A stretch of 64,000 nucleotides of DNA, from contig JBFGCA010000009.1 in assembly GCA_041567315.1 (NCBI GenBank), positions 339-64,338 on the forward strand, given 5' to 3'. This stretch comes from Thermoanaerobaculia bacterium. Its GTDB lineage: Bacteria > Acidobacteriota > Thermoanaerobaculia > Multivoradales > JAHEKO01. Below are positions 31,758 through 40,646 of this stretch, one piece after another. Position numbers and translations under genes: made by a program. The notes beneath the pieces were generated by a model. That model saw only the letters and a list, made by a program, of their open reading frames with translations, did not search any database and had not been told where the DNA came from. The stretch's first letter is position 1. Each line of letters begins with the position of its first letter.

Positions 31758-32864
31758 GTGGGAGGTGTGCCCTTGCCCAGCCGGCCGGCTTTGCGAGTTT
31801 CGACAGTTCTGAGCGCGCTCCTGTGGGCGGGCGCCGCCGCCGGACAGCCGCCGGGCGAGATGCCGCCCACGCCGGTGCGCTACACGGAGGCCCGCAACCA
31901 CCAGCTACGGCGCTCGGTGGTGCTGACCGGCTCGGTCGAGTCGCGACGCAGCAGCGTGGTGGCCTCGGAGGTCGAGGGCCTGGTCGAGCGCCTGGCGGCC
32001 CGCGAGGGCGACCGGGTGCGCAAAGGCCAGCCGCTGGTCGAGCTGCGCCGCCACAACCTGGCGCTGCGGCTGGAGGCGGTGCGCGGGCAGCTCCGGGAGG
32101 CGGAGGCACGCCTAGACCTGGCGCGGGCCCGCCTCGGGCGCTCGCGCGGGCTGTTCGAGGAGCTGATCATCAGCCAGCAGCAGCTCGACGACGCGGTCTC
32201 CGAGTCGGAGGCCTGGCAGGGCCGGGTGTCGCAGCTCGAGGCCGACGTGGCGCGGCTGGAGGACGATCTCGAGCGCGCCGTGGTGCGGGCGCCCTTTGCC
32301 GGCGTGGTGGCCCGCGAGCACGTCGCCCCCGGTGAGTGGCTGGCGGCCGGCGGCGCGGTCATGGAGCTGGTCGACGTCGGCGATCTGGAGGTCACCGTCG
32401 AGGTGCCGGAGAGCCGGTTCGCGGGGGTGGCGGTGGGCGGCCCCGCGGTGGTGCGGCTGGCAGGGCTCGGCGGCCTCGAGGTCGAGGGCTCGGTGCGGGC
32501 CGTGGTGCCGCGCGCCAGCGCCCAGTCGCGCACCTTCCCGGTCAAGATCTCGCTGCCCAACCCGGCCGGCAGCATCGGCGTCGGCATGCTGGCCCAGGTG
32601 CACCTGCCGGTGGGCGAGCCCGAAGAGGCGGTGATCGTGCCCAAAGACGCCGTGGTCAACCAGGGCAACCAGCAGATGGTCTTCGTCATCGGCGAGGACG
32701 AGACCGTGCAGCCGATGCCGATCAAGACCGGGACGCCGGCCGGCGCCTGGATCGCGGTCGAAGGGCCGCTCCAGCCCGGCGCCCGGGTGATCACCCGCGG
32801 CAACGAACGGGTCTTTCCCGGCCAGAAGGTGAACGGTCAAGTCGTGGAGTACGAACTGCCATGA
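31758..32864 (+). CDS. RND efflux periplasmic adaptor (membrane fusion protein, HlyD family)
   Basis: Coiled-coil hairpin with lipoyl/beta-barrel blocks (PLVELR...VVRAPFAGVV). Start is GTG 31758 or TTG 31773 (GGAGG 7 nt upstream). The stop overlaps the pump start (ATGA). Confidence 0.8.
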   Translation: MGGVPLPSRPALRVSTVLSALLWAGAAAGQPPGEMPPTPVRYTEARNHQLRRSVVLTGSVESRRSSVVASEVEGLVERLAAREGDRVRKGQPLVELRRHNLALRLEAVRGQLREAEARLDLARARLGRSRGLFEELIISQQQLDDAVSESEAWQGRVSQLEADVARLEDDLERAVVRAPFAGVVAREHVAPGEWLAAGGAVMELVDVGDLEVTVEVPESRFAGVAVGGPAVVRLAGLGGLEVEGSVRAVVPRASAQSRTFPVKISLPNPAGSIGVGMLAQVHLPVGEPEEAVIVPKDAVVNQGNQQMVFVIGEDETVQPMPIKTGTPAGAWIAVEGPLQPGARVITRGNERVFPGQKVNGQVVEYELP

Positions 32865-35800
32865 AGATCGTCGACAGCGCCATTCGCTTCCCGGTGACCA
32901 CCGCGGTGGGCGCCATCCTGCTGGTCCTCTTCGGGCTGATCTCGGCCTTCCGGATCCCGGTGCAGCTCACCCCGACGGTGGAGGAGGCCGAGATCAGCGT
33001 CACCACCTTCTGGCCCGGCGCCAGCCCGCGCGAGATCGAGCGCGAGATCGTCGACGAGCAGGAGGAGCAGCTCAAGAGCCTCGAAGGGCTGGTCGAGATG
33101 GAGAGCACCAGCGCGGACAGCTTCGGCCGCATCGCCCTGACCTTCGCCACCGGCACCGACCTCGACACCGCCCTGCTCAAGGTCTCCAACCGCCTGGAGC
33201 AGGTGCCGCGCTACCCCGAGGACGCCGACAAGCCGGTGATCCAGAGCGTCGGCGCCGAGGAGAGCGCCATGGCCTGGTTCCTGCTCCTGCCGGCCGACGG
33301 GGAGGGCGCCTTCGAGGGCGACATCACCACGCTGCTGACCTTCACCGACGACTTCGTCAAGCCCGAGCTGGAGCGGGTGGAGGGCGTCGGGGCGGTCAAC
33401 CTGTTCGCCGGCCGCGAGCGCGAGATGCACGTGCTGGTCGACCCGGCGGCGCTGGCCGCGCGGCAGATCACCATCACCGAGTTGGTGACCGCCATCGACC
33501 GCGAGAACCGCAACATCTCGGGCGGCGACTTCGACGAGGGCAAGCGCCGTTACGTGGTGCGGACGGTGGGCGAGTACTCCTCGCCCGAGGAGATCGAGAG
33601 CATCGTCGTGGCGGTGCGCGGCGGGGTGCCGGTCTATCTGCGCGACGTGGCGCGGGCCGAGCTGGGCTACGCCAAGCCGTTCGCCAACGCCTACCGGTTC
33701 GCCGAGCCGATGATCGCCTTCAACGCCGTGCGCGAGACCGGCGCCAACGTGCTGCAGGCGATGGCCGGCATCCGCGAGGCGGTGGCCCGGGTCAACCGCG
33801 AGCTGCTGGCGGCGCGCGGCCTGCAGGTGGTGCAGGTCTGGGACGAGACCGAGTACATCTACAGCTCGATCGGTCTGGTGCGCCAGAGCCTGCTGCTGGG
33901 CGGCCTGCTGGCGATTCTGGTGCTGCTCCTCTTCCTGCGCAGCCGCTCGAGCACTCTGGTGGTGGCGGTGGCGATCCCGATCAGCCTGATCGGCACCTTC
34001 CTGGTGATGAACTGGTTCGGGCGCACCCTCAACGTGATCAGCATGGCGGGCATGGCGTTCGCCGTCGGCATGGTGGTCGACAACGCCATCGTGGTGCTCG
34101 AGAACATCTACCGTCACCGGCAGATGGGCAAGAGCCGCTTCCAGGCGGCCTCGGAGGGGGCGCGCGAGGTGTGGGGCGCGGTCCTCGCCTCGACCCTGAC
34201 CACCATCGCGGTCTTCCTGCCGGTTCTCTTCGTCCAGGAGGAGGCCGGGCAACTGTTCCGGGACATCGCGTTGGCCATCAGCAGCGGGGTCGGTCTGTCG
34301 CTGATCGTCTCGATCACCGTCATTCCCTCGCTGTCGGCCAAGATCCTGGGCTCGAAGCAGCCCCAGGCGCGCGAGCAGGCCGGCTACCGGCAGCTGTGGG
34401 GCGCGGTGGGGCTGGCCCAGCGCTTCAACGAGTGGGTGACCGCCCGGGTCTACTGGATCACCGGCTCGATCTTCCGCCGGCTGGCGGTGGTGGTCGGCAT
34501 GACGGTCGTGGCGGTGGCGCTGAGCTTCCTGCTGGCGCCGCAGGCCGAGTACCTGCCGACCGGCAACCAGAACCTGCTGTTCGGGATCATCCTGCCGCCG
34601 CCCGGCCACAGCATCGAAGAAAACGCCGGGCTGCTCGACATCTACGTCGACAAGCTGGGCCATCTGTGGGATGGGACGCCCGAGGAGACCGTCGAGCTGC
34701 CCGGCGGCGGCATCGACGACATGTTCTACGTCGCCCTCGCCGACCAGGTGTTCATGGGGGTCAGCGCCCGCGATCCCGAGCGGGTGAAGGAGCTGCTGGG
34801 GCCGTTCCAGCAGGTCAACTCGCAGGTGCCCGGTTCGATCGCCTTCATCACCCAGGCCAGCATCTTCCAGCGCGGCCTCAGCGAGGGCCGCAACGTCGAC
34901 GTCGAGCTGACCGGACCGCAGCTCGAGCGGCTGGTGGCGCTCGGCGGCGAGGTGTTCGGCCGGGTGCGCCAGACGATCCCCGGCTCCCAGGCGCGGCCGA
35001 TCCCCAGCCTCGATCTCGGCAACCCCGAGGTGCAGCTCCACATCGACCGCCGGCGGGCGGCCGAGCTGGGCATCTCGAGCCGCGATCTGGGGCTGATGGT
35101 CAACGTCCTGGTCGACGGCGCCAAGGCCAGCGACTACCAGCACGAAGGCCAGGAGATCGACCTCAAGGTGGTGGCCGAGGGCTACACCTACCGCACCCAC
35201 CTCGTGGACCAGCTGCCACTGGCCGCTCCCTCCGGCGACCTGGTCACCCTCGGCTCGGTGGCCGACGTCCAGGTGGTCAACGGGCCGGCCACCATCGCCC
35301 ACCGCGAGCGCCAGCGGGCGATCACCATCGCCGTATCGCCCCCCGAAGAGATGCCGCTGCAGGCCGCGATGGAGACCATCGAGGCCGAGGTTCTGGCGCC
35401 CATGGAACGCGAGGGCAAGCTCGGCGGTCTCTACCGGGCGCAGCTCTCGGGCACCGCCGACAAGCTGACCCAGACCGGCCGGGCGCTGATCTGGAACTTC
35501 GTGCTGGCGGTGGTCATCACCTATCTGCTGATGGCGGCGCTGTTCGAGAGCTTCCTCTATCCGTTCGTCATCCTGTTCAGCGTCCCGCTGGCGGCGCTCG
35601 GCGGCTTCCTGGGGCTCGGGGTGGTCAACGTCTTCATCTACCAGCCGCTCGACATCCTCACCATGCTGGGCTTCATCATCCTGGTGGGCACGGTGGTCAA
35701 CAACGCCATCCTCATCGTCCACCAGTCGCTCAACCACATGCGCGAGGACTCGATGGCGCCCCGCGAGGCGATCCGCGAAGCGGTCGGCAACCGCATCCGG

Positions 35801-36055
35801 CCGATCTTCATGAGCGTCTCGACCAGCGTCTGCGGCATGCTGCCGCTGGTGCTCTTCCCGGGCGCCGGCTCCGAGCTCTACCGCGGTCTGGGCAGCGTGG
35901 TGGTGGGCGGCCTGGTGGTCTCCACCGTCTTCACCCTGTTCCTGGTGCCGGCCCTCTTCAGCCTGGTGCTCGACGCCCGCGAGGCGGCCCGGCGCCGGCT
36001 CGAGGGTCTGGCCGCCGTCCCCGAGCCGACGGGCCCGGCGACCGGGCCGGCGTAG
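32861..36055 (+). CDS. RND efflux permease (AcrB/CzcA superfamily)
   Basis: ~1064 aa. MKIVDSAIRFPVTTAVGAILLVLFG opening, 12-TM topology and two large periplasmic loops. Confidence 0.9.
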   Translation: MKIVDSAIRFPVTTAVGAILLVLFGLISAFRIPVQLTPTVEEAEISVTTFWPGASPREIEREIVDEQEEQLKSLEGLVEMESTSADSFGRIALTFATGTDLDTALLKVSNRLEQVPRYPEDADKPVIQSVGAEESAMAWFLLLPADGEGAFEGDITTLLTFTDDFVKPELERVEGVGAVNLFAGREREMHVLVDPAALAARQITITELVTAIDRENRNISGGDFDEGKRRYVVRTVGEYSSPEEIESIVVAVRGGVPVYLRDVARAELGYAKPFANAYRFAEPMIAFNAVRETGANVLQAMAGIREAVARVNRELLAARGLQVVQVWDETEYIYSSIGLVRQSLLLGGLLAILVLLLFLRSRSSTLVVAVAIPISLIGTFLVMNWFGRTLNVISMAGMAFAVGMVVDNAIVVLENIYRHRQMGKSRFQAASEGAREVWGAVLASTLTTIAVFLPVLFVQEEAGQLFRDIALAISSGVGLSLIVSITVIPSLSAKILGSKQPQAREQAGYRQLWGAVGLAQRFNEWVTARVYWITGSIFRRLAVVVGMTVVAVALSFLLAPQAEYLPTGNQNLLFGIILPPPGHSIEENAGLLDIYVDKLGHLWDGTPEETVELPGGGIDDMFYVALADQVFMGVSARDPERVKELLGPFQQVNSQVPGSIAFITQASIFQRGLSEGRNVDVELTGPQLERLVALGGEVFGRVRQTIPGSQARPIPSLDLGNPEVQLHIDRRRAAELGISSRDLGLMVNVLVDGAKASDYQHEGQEIDLKVVAEGYTYRTHLVDQLPLAAPSGDLVTLGSVADVQVVNGPATIAHRERQRAITIAVSPPEEMPLQAAMETIEAEVLAPMEREGKLGGLYRAQLSGTADKLTQTGRALIWNFVLAVVITYLLMAALFESFLYPFVILFSVPLAALGGFLGLGVVNVFIYQPLDILTMLGFIILVGTVVNNAILIVHQSLNHMREDSMAPREAIREAVGNRIRPIFMSVSTSVCGMLPLVLFPGAGSELYRGLGSVVVGGLVVSTVFTLFLVPALFSLVLDAREAARRRLEGLAAVPEPTGPATGPA

Positions 36056-36206
36056 GCCACCCGGCAGGCAGCGGGCAACCTGAAAAAGGGCGGCCCGTCT
36101 GCGTGCGGCCTTCGAGGAGGACCGGCAGGGGGCCGGCTGAAACTTTCGGCGCCGGGCTCCGTCTTAGGAGTCGAGCGCCACGGAAGGCGTCACGGGAGGT
36201 GCCGAG

Positions 36207-36773
36207 ATGAATCGAAAAGCGAATGCGGGTGAGCTGAAGGTCGTCGTGCTGGCGCTTGGACTGCTGCTGGCGGCCGGGGCCGCCGCGGCCTCCGACCAGC
36301 TCTGGCTGCACGTGCGGGTGGACGAGGGCGACGGCGCCAAGGTGTCGGTCAACCTGCCGATCTCGATGGTCGAGCACGCCCTGCCGATGATCCCCAGCCA
36401 CCACTTCCACGGGGGCGAGGTCGAGTTCGACGACTGGCGGATGGAGGTTGAAGAGCTGCGCCGGCTATGGGCCGAGATCAAGGCCAGCCCCGACATGACC
36501 TTCGTGACCGTCGAGGACGGCTCCGACAAGGTGCGGGTCTGGAAAGAGGGTGACTACCTGCTGGTCAGCGTCAACGAGCACGGCGGCGACCAGGTCGACG
36601 TGCGGATCCCCGCCACCGTGATCGACGCCCTGCTCTCCGGCGAGGGCGACGAGCTCGACATCCGCGCCGCCCTCCAGGCTCTGGTCGACGCCGGCGAGGG
36701 TGAGCTGGTCACCGTCAGCGGCGGCAACGACCGGGTTCGGGTGTGGGTCGACCGCTTCGCCGAGGCGGAGTAG
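36207..36773 (+). CDS. hypothetical periplasmic protein with internal V-x-V-x-LP repeats
   Basis: Signal peptide. Repeats VSVNLPISMVEHAL and VDVRIPATVIDALL. Paralogous to the next gene. Confidence 0.5.
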   Translation: MNRKANAGELKVVVLALGLLLAAGAAAASDQLWLHVRVDEGDGAKVSVNLPISMVEHALPMIPSHHFHGGEVEFDDWRMEVEELRRLWAEIKASPDMTFVTVEDGSDKVRVWKEGDYLLVSVNEHGGDQVDVRIPATVIDALLSGEGDELDIRAALQALVDAGEGELVTVSGGNDRVRVWVDRFAEAE

Positions 36774-36777
36774 GCCG

Positions 36778-37266
36778 GTGTCGGCACACGCTCCTGAGCG
36801 CGGGCGCGGCCGCCGGGTCCTCCTCTACCTGGCGGCCGGCTTCGCCGTCCTCGCCGTCGGCTGGGTGCTTGCGGTCGGCGCCGTCTACGCCATCGGCGGC
36901 GTGCTCAGCGTCGAGGTCCACGAGCGCACCGAAGGCATCGACCTCTACCTGCCGCTCCCCGCCGCCGCCGTCGACGCCACCCTCTCCCTCGCGGCCCCCT
37001 TCTGCTGGCGGCTCGGCGGCGCCCACCACCTCGGCCGCCTCGGCATCGCCGCCGAAGAGTGGCTCCCCCAGGCCCGCCAGATCCTCGCCGCCCTCGAGCG
37101 CAGCCCCGACGCCACCCTGGTCACCGTCGAAGACGGCCCCACCCGCGTCCGCGTCGCCAAGAAGGGCAGCCGCCTCCACGTCGAAGTCGACGACCCCGAC
37201 GTCCACGTCCGCGTCGCCCTGCCGGCCCGCCTGCTGACCCGAGCGGCGGCGCAGCTCGGCTGCTGA
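36778..37266 (+). CDS. membrane-anchored paralog of the preceding gene
   Basis: GTG start. TM helix. ATLVTVEDGPTRVRVAKKGSRLHVEV matches MTFVTVEDGSDKVRVWKEGDYLLVSV in the upstream gene. Confidence 0.45.
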   Translation: MSAHAPERGRGRRVLLYLAAGFAVLAVGWVLAVGAVYAIGGVLSVEVHERTEGIDLYLPLPAAAVDATLSLAAPFCWRLGGAHHLGRLGIAAEEWLPQARQILAALERSPDATLVTVEDGPTRVRVAKKGSRLHVEVDDPDVHVRVALPARLLTRAAAQLGC

Positions 37267-37491
37267 GGGCGACGGGCGCGGACGGAGTCCGGCCTCGATT
37301 CGGACAGCCGGGCGCGCCGCGAGCCGGATGTGTGGCTCGCGGCCGCGCCTTCCGTGCCCGCCGACCCGGACACGCAGTGGTAGCTTGCCGGCATCCCGGG
37401 TCGACCTTACGGCCTTTCGAGGCGCGGTCGGTCGGTCGCTGGGTGAAGCAGGCCTCCACCTGAGGGGAGCCCGACGCGGTTCGAAGCCACG

Positions 37492-38823
37492 ATGTACCGT
37501 CAGCTCGCTCGCACTCTGTCGTGGGCGGTCGCCAGCGCGGCGATCGCCCTGGCGCTGGCCGAGGTGGCGATCCACGTTTTCGGACTGTTTCCGGAAGGAC
37601 GCGCCGCCTCGGTCCTCGCCCGGCCCGAGGGTGAGGCGGGCGCAGAACCGGGCAAGTTCCAGATCCACCCGTTCCTGGGCTGGACCTGGCGCCCCGGGCT
37701 GCGCGCCTCGCTCGAGGCCGCCTTCCCGGAGGGCGAGCCGACCGAGTGGGCGAGGCGCAACTCGACGGTCAACCGCCTTGGGCACTTCTCCTGGTCGGAG
37801 GACTACCGGGAGATCGGCGAAGACGCCTTCGTCGTCGGCATCTTCGGTGGCTCGGTGGCGAGCGACCTCGCATCGCTCGGCGGAGAGGTGCTGCGGGAAG
37901 CGCTGCAAGCGCGGCTCCCCGAGCTTGGCGAGTCGATCGTGGTCTTCAATCTGGCGACGCGTGGCCACAAGCAGCCACAACAGGCGATCGCACTCCTCCA
38001 GGCGCTGGTGCTCGGCCTGCGCTTCGACGCCGTCGTCAACCTCGATGGCTTCAACGAGGCGGTACACGGAGGCCGCGACGTGGCGCTCGGGCGGCATCCG
38101 CTGTTCCCCGCCCGCCGGCTCTGGACCTCGGCGCTCGAGCTGTCGAGTGTGGCGCCGGCCGGTGAGACCCTCGAGCTGGCCGGCGAGGTCGCGCGTGTCA
38201 GACGCCGGGCCCGCGAGCTGGCAGCGTGGATCCAGGAGTCGGTGCTCGCCCGCCGCAGCAAGCTGGCCCGCGCGGTGGCCGGCATGCGGGTGCTGCGGCA
38301 ATGGCGCCGTGCCGACGAGCTGGAGGACCGCCTCCAGCAGCTCTCGGCCGAACGCCCGGCCTCGGCCGCCGTGGCGTCCCTGACTGATCCCTGCCTCGAG
38401 GGCCGCGGGAGCTGCCTCGAACTCATCGCCGACCTCTGGCAGCGCAGCTCGCGGCTCATGCACGACCTCACTCGGGAAGGCGGCGGGGTCTACCTCCACG
38501 CGCTGCAGCCCAATCAGTACGTGCCCGGCAGCAAGCGGCTCACCGCCGAGGAGAGGAGGCGCTCTTACGTGCCGGGTGGACGGAGCGATCTGGTCGAGCG
38601 GGTCTACCCGCTGTTCCGGCGCAGGTCCGCGTCACTCGCCGACCACGGCGTCACCTTCCACGACCTGACGATGATCTTCGCCGACCGTCCCGAGACCATC
38701 TACCGCGACCCCTGCTGCCACTACAACCTCCACGGCAACGAGCTCCTGGCCAGACGCCTGGCCGACCTGATCGGCGATGCTGTGACCGCCGCGGGCCGGC
38801 CGTTGATGACAGCTGCCGACTGA
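37492..38823 (+). CDS. membrane-anchored hypothetical protein, possibly SGNH/GDSL-like hydrolase fold
   Basis: N-terminal TM. VVGIFGGSVASD is reminiscent of SGNH block I. The C-terminal DPCCHYNLHGN may be a block V variant. Weak call. Confidence 0.45.
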   Translation: MYRQLARTLSWAVASAAIALALAEVAIHVFGLFPEGRAASVLARPEGEAGAEPGKFQIHPFLGWTWRPGLRASLEAAFPEGEPTEWARRNSTVNRLGHFSWSEDYREIGEDAFVVGIFGGSVASDLASLGGEVLREALQARLPELGESIVVFNLATRGHKQPQQAIALLQALVLGLRFDAVVNLDGFNEAVHGGRDVALGRHPLFPARRLWTSALELSSVAPAGETLELAGEVARVRRRARELAAWIQESVLARRSKLARAVAGMRVLRQWRRADELEDRLQQLSAERPASAAVASLTDPCLEGRGSCLELIADLWQRSSRLMHDLTREGGGVYLHALQPNQYVPGSKRLTAEERRRSYVPGGRSDLVERVYPLFRRRSASLADHGVTFHDLTMIFADRPETIYRDPCCHYNLHGNELLARRLADLIGDAVTAAGRPLMTAAD

Positions 38824-38859
38824 CCCTTCCGACGAGCTGGCGACGAGGCGCAGCGCCGG

Positions 38860-39357
38860 TCAGGGCTTCACCACCAACTGGTGGAAGAGGCTGGACTCGC
38901 GCTTGTAGAAGCCTTCGGTGTGGAAGGTCTCGGCGAGGTGGTAGAGCTCGTAGTCGAAGTGGTGGCAGAGCTCGTGGAGGAGGGTGCGGAGGAAGGTCTT
39001 GAAGGCGACGATGCGGGCCTGTTTGGCGGTCCGCATCCAGAGGGAGACGCGGGCCGGCCGCGAGCCGGACTCCGGCTCGTAGAGGCCGTGGAGCTCGCCG
39101 CCGCCGTCGTGGGGGCGGACGGCGCGGACGACGACCCGCACGGCCGGGACCTTCAATTGGCGGCAGAGCCCGTCGGCGAGCGCCTGACACAAGCTCTCGG
39201 CGCGGCGGCGATCCTCGGCGGCGAGGGCGTCGCGGAGCGCCCCGGCGTGCGGTCGCAGCTCGGCGGGCCGCGGCAGCTTGACGGTCGCGATCTCGTCGGA
39301 GCGGCGGTAGATGGCGCGCTGGGCGGGACGCAGCCGCGCGTAGTAGGCGAAAGGCAT
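38860..39357 (-). CDS. small hypothetical protein with an HExxH motif (putative zinc-metallopeptidase-like)
   Basis: LLHELCHHFDYELYHL contains HELCH. Confidence 0.45.
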   Translation of the reverse strand: MPFAYYARLRPAQRAIYRRSDEIATVKLPRPAELRPHAGALRDALAAEDRRRAESLCQALADGLCRQLKVPAVRVVVRAVRPHDGGGELHGLYEPESGSRPARVSLWMRTAKQARIVAFKTFLRTLLHELCHHFDYELYHLAETFHTEGFYKRESSLFHQLVVKP

Positions 39358-39438
39358 CAGGGTCGGCCGCCGGCGAGCTGCGAGAGCGTGGCCGCCGTCC
39401 TCCCGGCGGCGCCGGCGCCGGCTGCGCCCGTGCGGTTC

Positions 39439-40002
39439 TCAGATCTCCCAGCTGACCTGGTAGCGGCAGTGGGGGCCGCCGCGGGCGCGGCAGGTCTCCT
39501 CGCGGATGGTGACCGACCTGGCGCCGCACATGCGGAGCGCCTCCTTGTACCAGCCGATCACCGTCAGGCAGTCGGTCTCGGAAAAGGTGTCGGCCTCGTA
39601 GGTGGTCATCACCCCGGAGCGGGGCCCGGTGGGCTCCCAGGTGCGATGACCGGCGTCGTAGTAGAAGTCGTAGATGCGGTCGGCCTTGGCCATGAAGGCC
39701 TGGGGGTCGCCCTGGATCAGGAAGTGCTCGTGCGGGCCGCCCAGGTTCTCGCGGGCGGAGCCGGCGCCGATCGCCTCGAACAGCGAGCGGGCGCCGTCGC
39801 CGAGCACCTCGACGATCGCCTCGTCGAGCCGCCGGTTGAGCTCGAAGGGGTACCAGTTGACCGACAGCAGCAGACCGGTCAGGGCCTGCCGATGCTCCTC
39901 GTCGAGCGAGTCGACCACCCGCTGCCAGGCCTCTTCGCCGTACTCGCGCCGCACGAACGCCCGGCGGGCGGCGATGACGGCGCCCTTGACGCGGACGGTC
40001 AC
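39439..40002 (-). CDS. hypothetical protein (DUF2378/V4R-like?); start uncertain (40002 GTG vs 40053 ATG)
   Basis: C-terminal Cys pair (ETCRARGGPHCRY). The HU terminator hairpin at 40047-40074 would overlap a start at 40053. Confidence 0.4.
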   Translation of the reverse strand: MTVRVKGAVIAARRAFVRREYGEEAWQRVVDSLDEEHRQALTGLLLSVNWYPFELNRRLDEAIVEVLGDGARSLFEAIGAGSARENLGGPHEHFLIQGDPQAFMAKADRIYDFYYDAGHRTWEPTGPRSGVMTTYEADTFSETDCLTVIGWYKEALRMCGARSVTIREETCRARGGPHCRYQVSWEI

Positions 40003-40046
40003 CCCGCCACCCCGCCAGCCGAGTCGCCGTCGGCCGAGACGGAAAG

Positions 40047-40074
40047 CCCCCACCGCGACGGCTCGCGGTGGGGG
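40047..40074 (-). terminator. 12-bp perfect-stem hairpin downstream of the HU gene
   Basis: CCCCCACCGCGA-CGGC-TCGCGGTGGGGG. On the minus strand it is followed by CUUUCCGUCU. Confidence 0.45.
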
Positions 40075-40102
40075 CCTCGGGATTGACTCGCCAAGCCGCC
40101 GA

Positions 40103-40396
40103 TCACTCGGCGACGCGGTCCTTGAGGCCCTTGCCCGGGCGGAAGCCGGGGTAGGTCTTGGCGGCGATCCTCAGGGTCTCGCCGGTCGCCGGGTTGCGTC
40201 CCTCGCGGGCCGCGCGGCGCTTGGTGTAGAACATGCCGAAGCCCGGGATCTGCACCTTCCGGCCCGCGTCGAGCTCGGTGGCGATGATGCCGGTGCCCGG
40301 CTTGGTGTCGAAGATCTCGCTGACTACATCGTTCGCCTTGGCGACCGACAGGTCGCACTTCTTGGCTAGCTTCTCGGCCAACTCCGTCTTGTTCAT
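40103..40396 (-). CDS. HU/IHF-family nucleoid DNA-binding protein
   Basis: MNKTELAEKLA...GFGMFYTKRRAAREGRNPATGETLRIAAKTYPGFRPGKGLKDRV. Confidence 0.85.
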   Translation of the reverse strand: MNKTELAEKLAKKCDLSVAKANDVVSEIFDTKPGTGIIATELDAGRKVQIPGFGMFYTKRRAAREGRNPATGETLRIAAKTYPGFRPGKGLKDRVAE

Positions 40397-40646
40397 CTGC
40401 ACTCCTTGAGGTTCGTTGAAAGTCTCTCCGCGAGCGGAGATCCCTCCAGTTGATCGGCGCCTGGAACCCCTCCGGGCACCGTGTATCTGTCGAGCTTGAT
40501 GCGGCGCAAACCCCCGCCATCAGAGTCTGAGCGTCGGATCACCCCACCCGGCCCCCCGTCGATCTCCCGCCCCGCCCCGAGAAGGGCTCCGGACTCTCCG
40601 GGGACGGCGCGGAGTCTAGCACGATCATGGGGCGGACACCAGTCAA

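Noticed and set aside
37455-37491. tRNA-like T-loop sequence GGTTCGAAGCC
   Set aside because: The flanking bases do not form a 5-bp T-stem (CGCGG versus CCACG). The segment overlaps the start codon of the downstream gene. No acceptor/anticodon arms were found.
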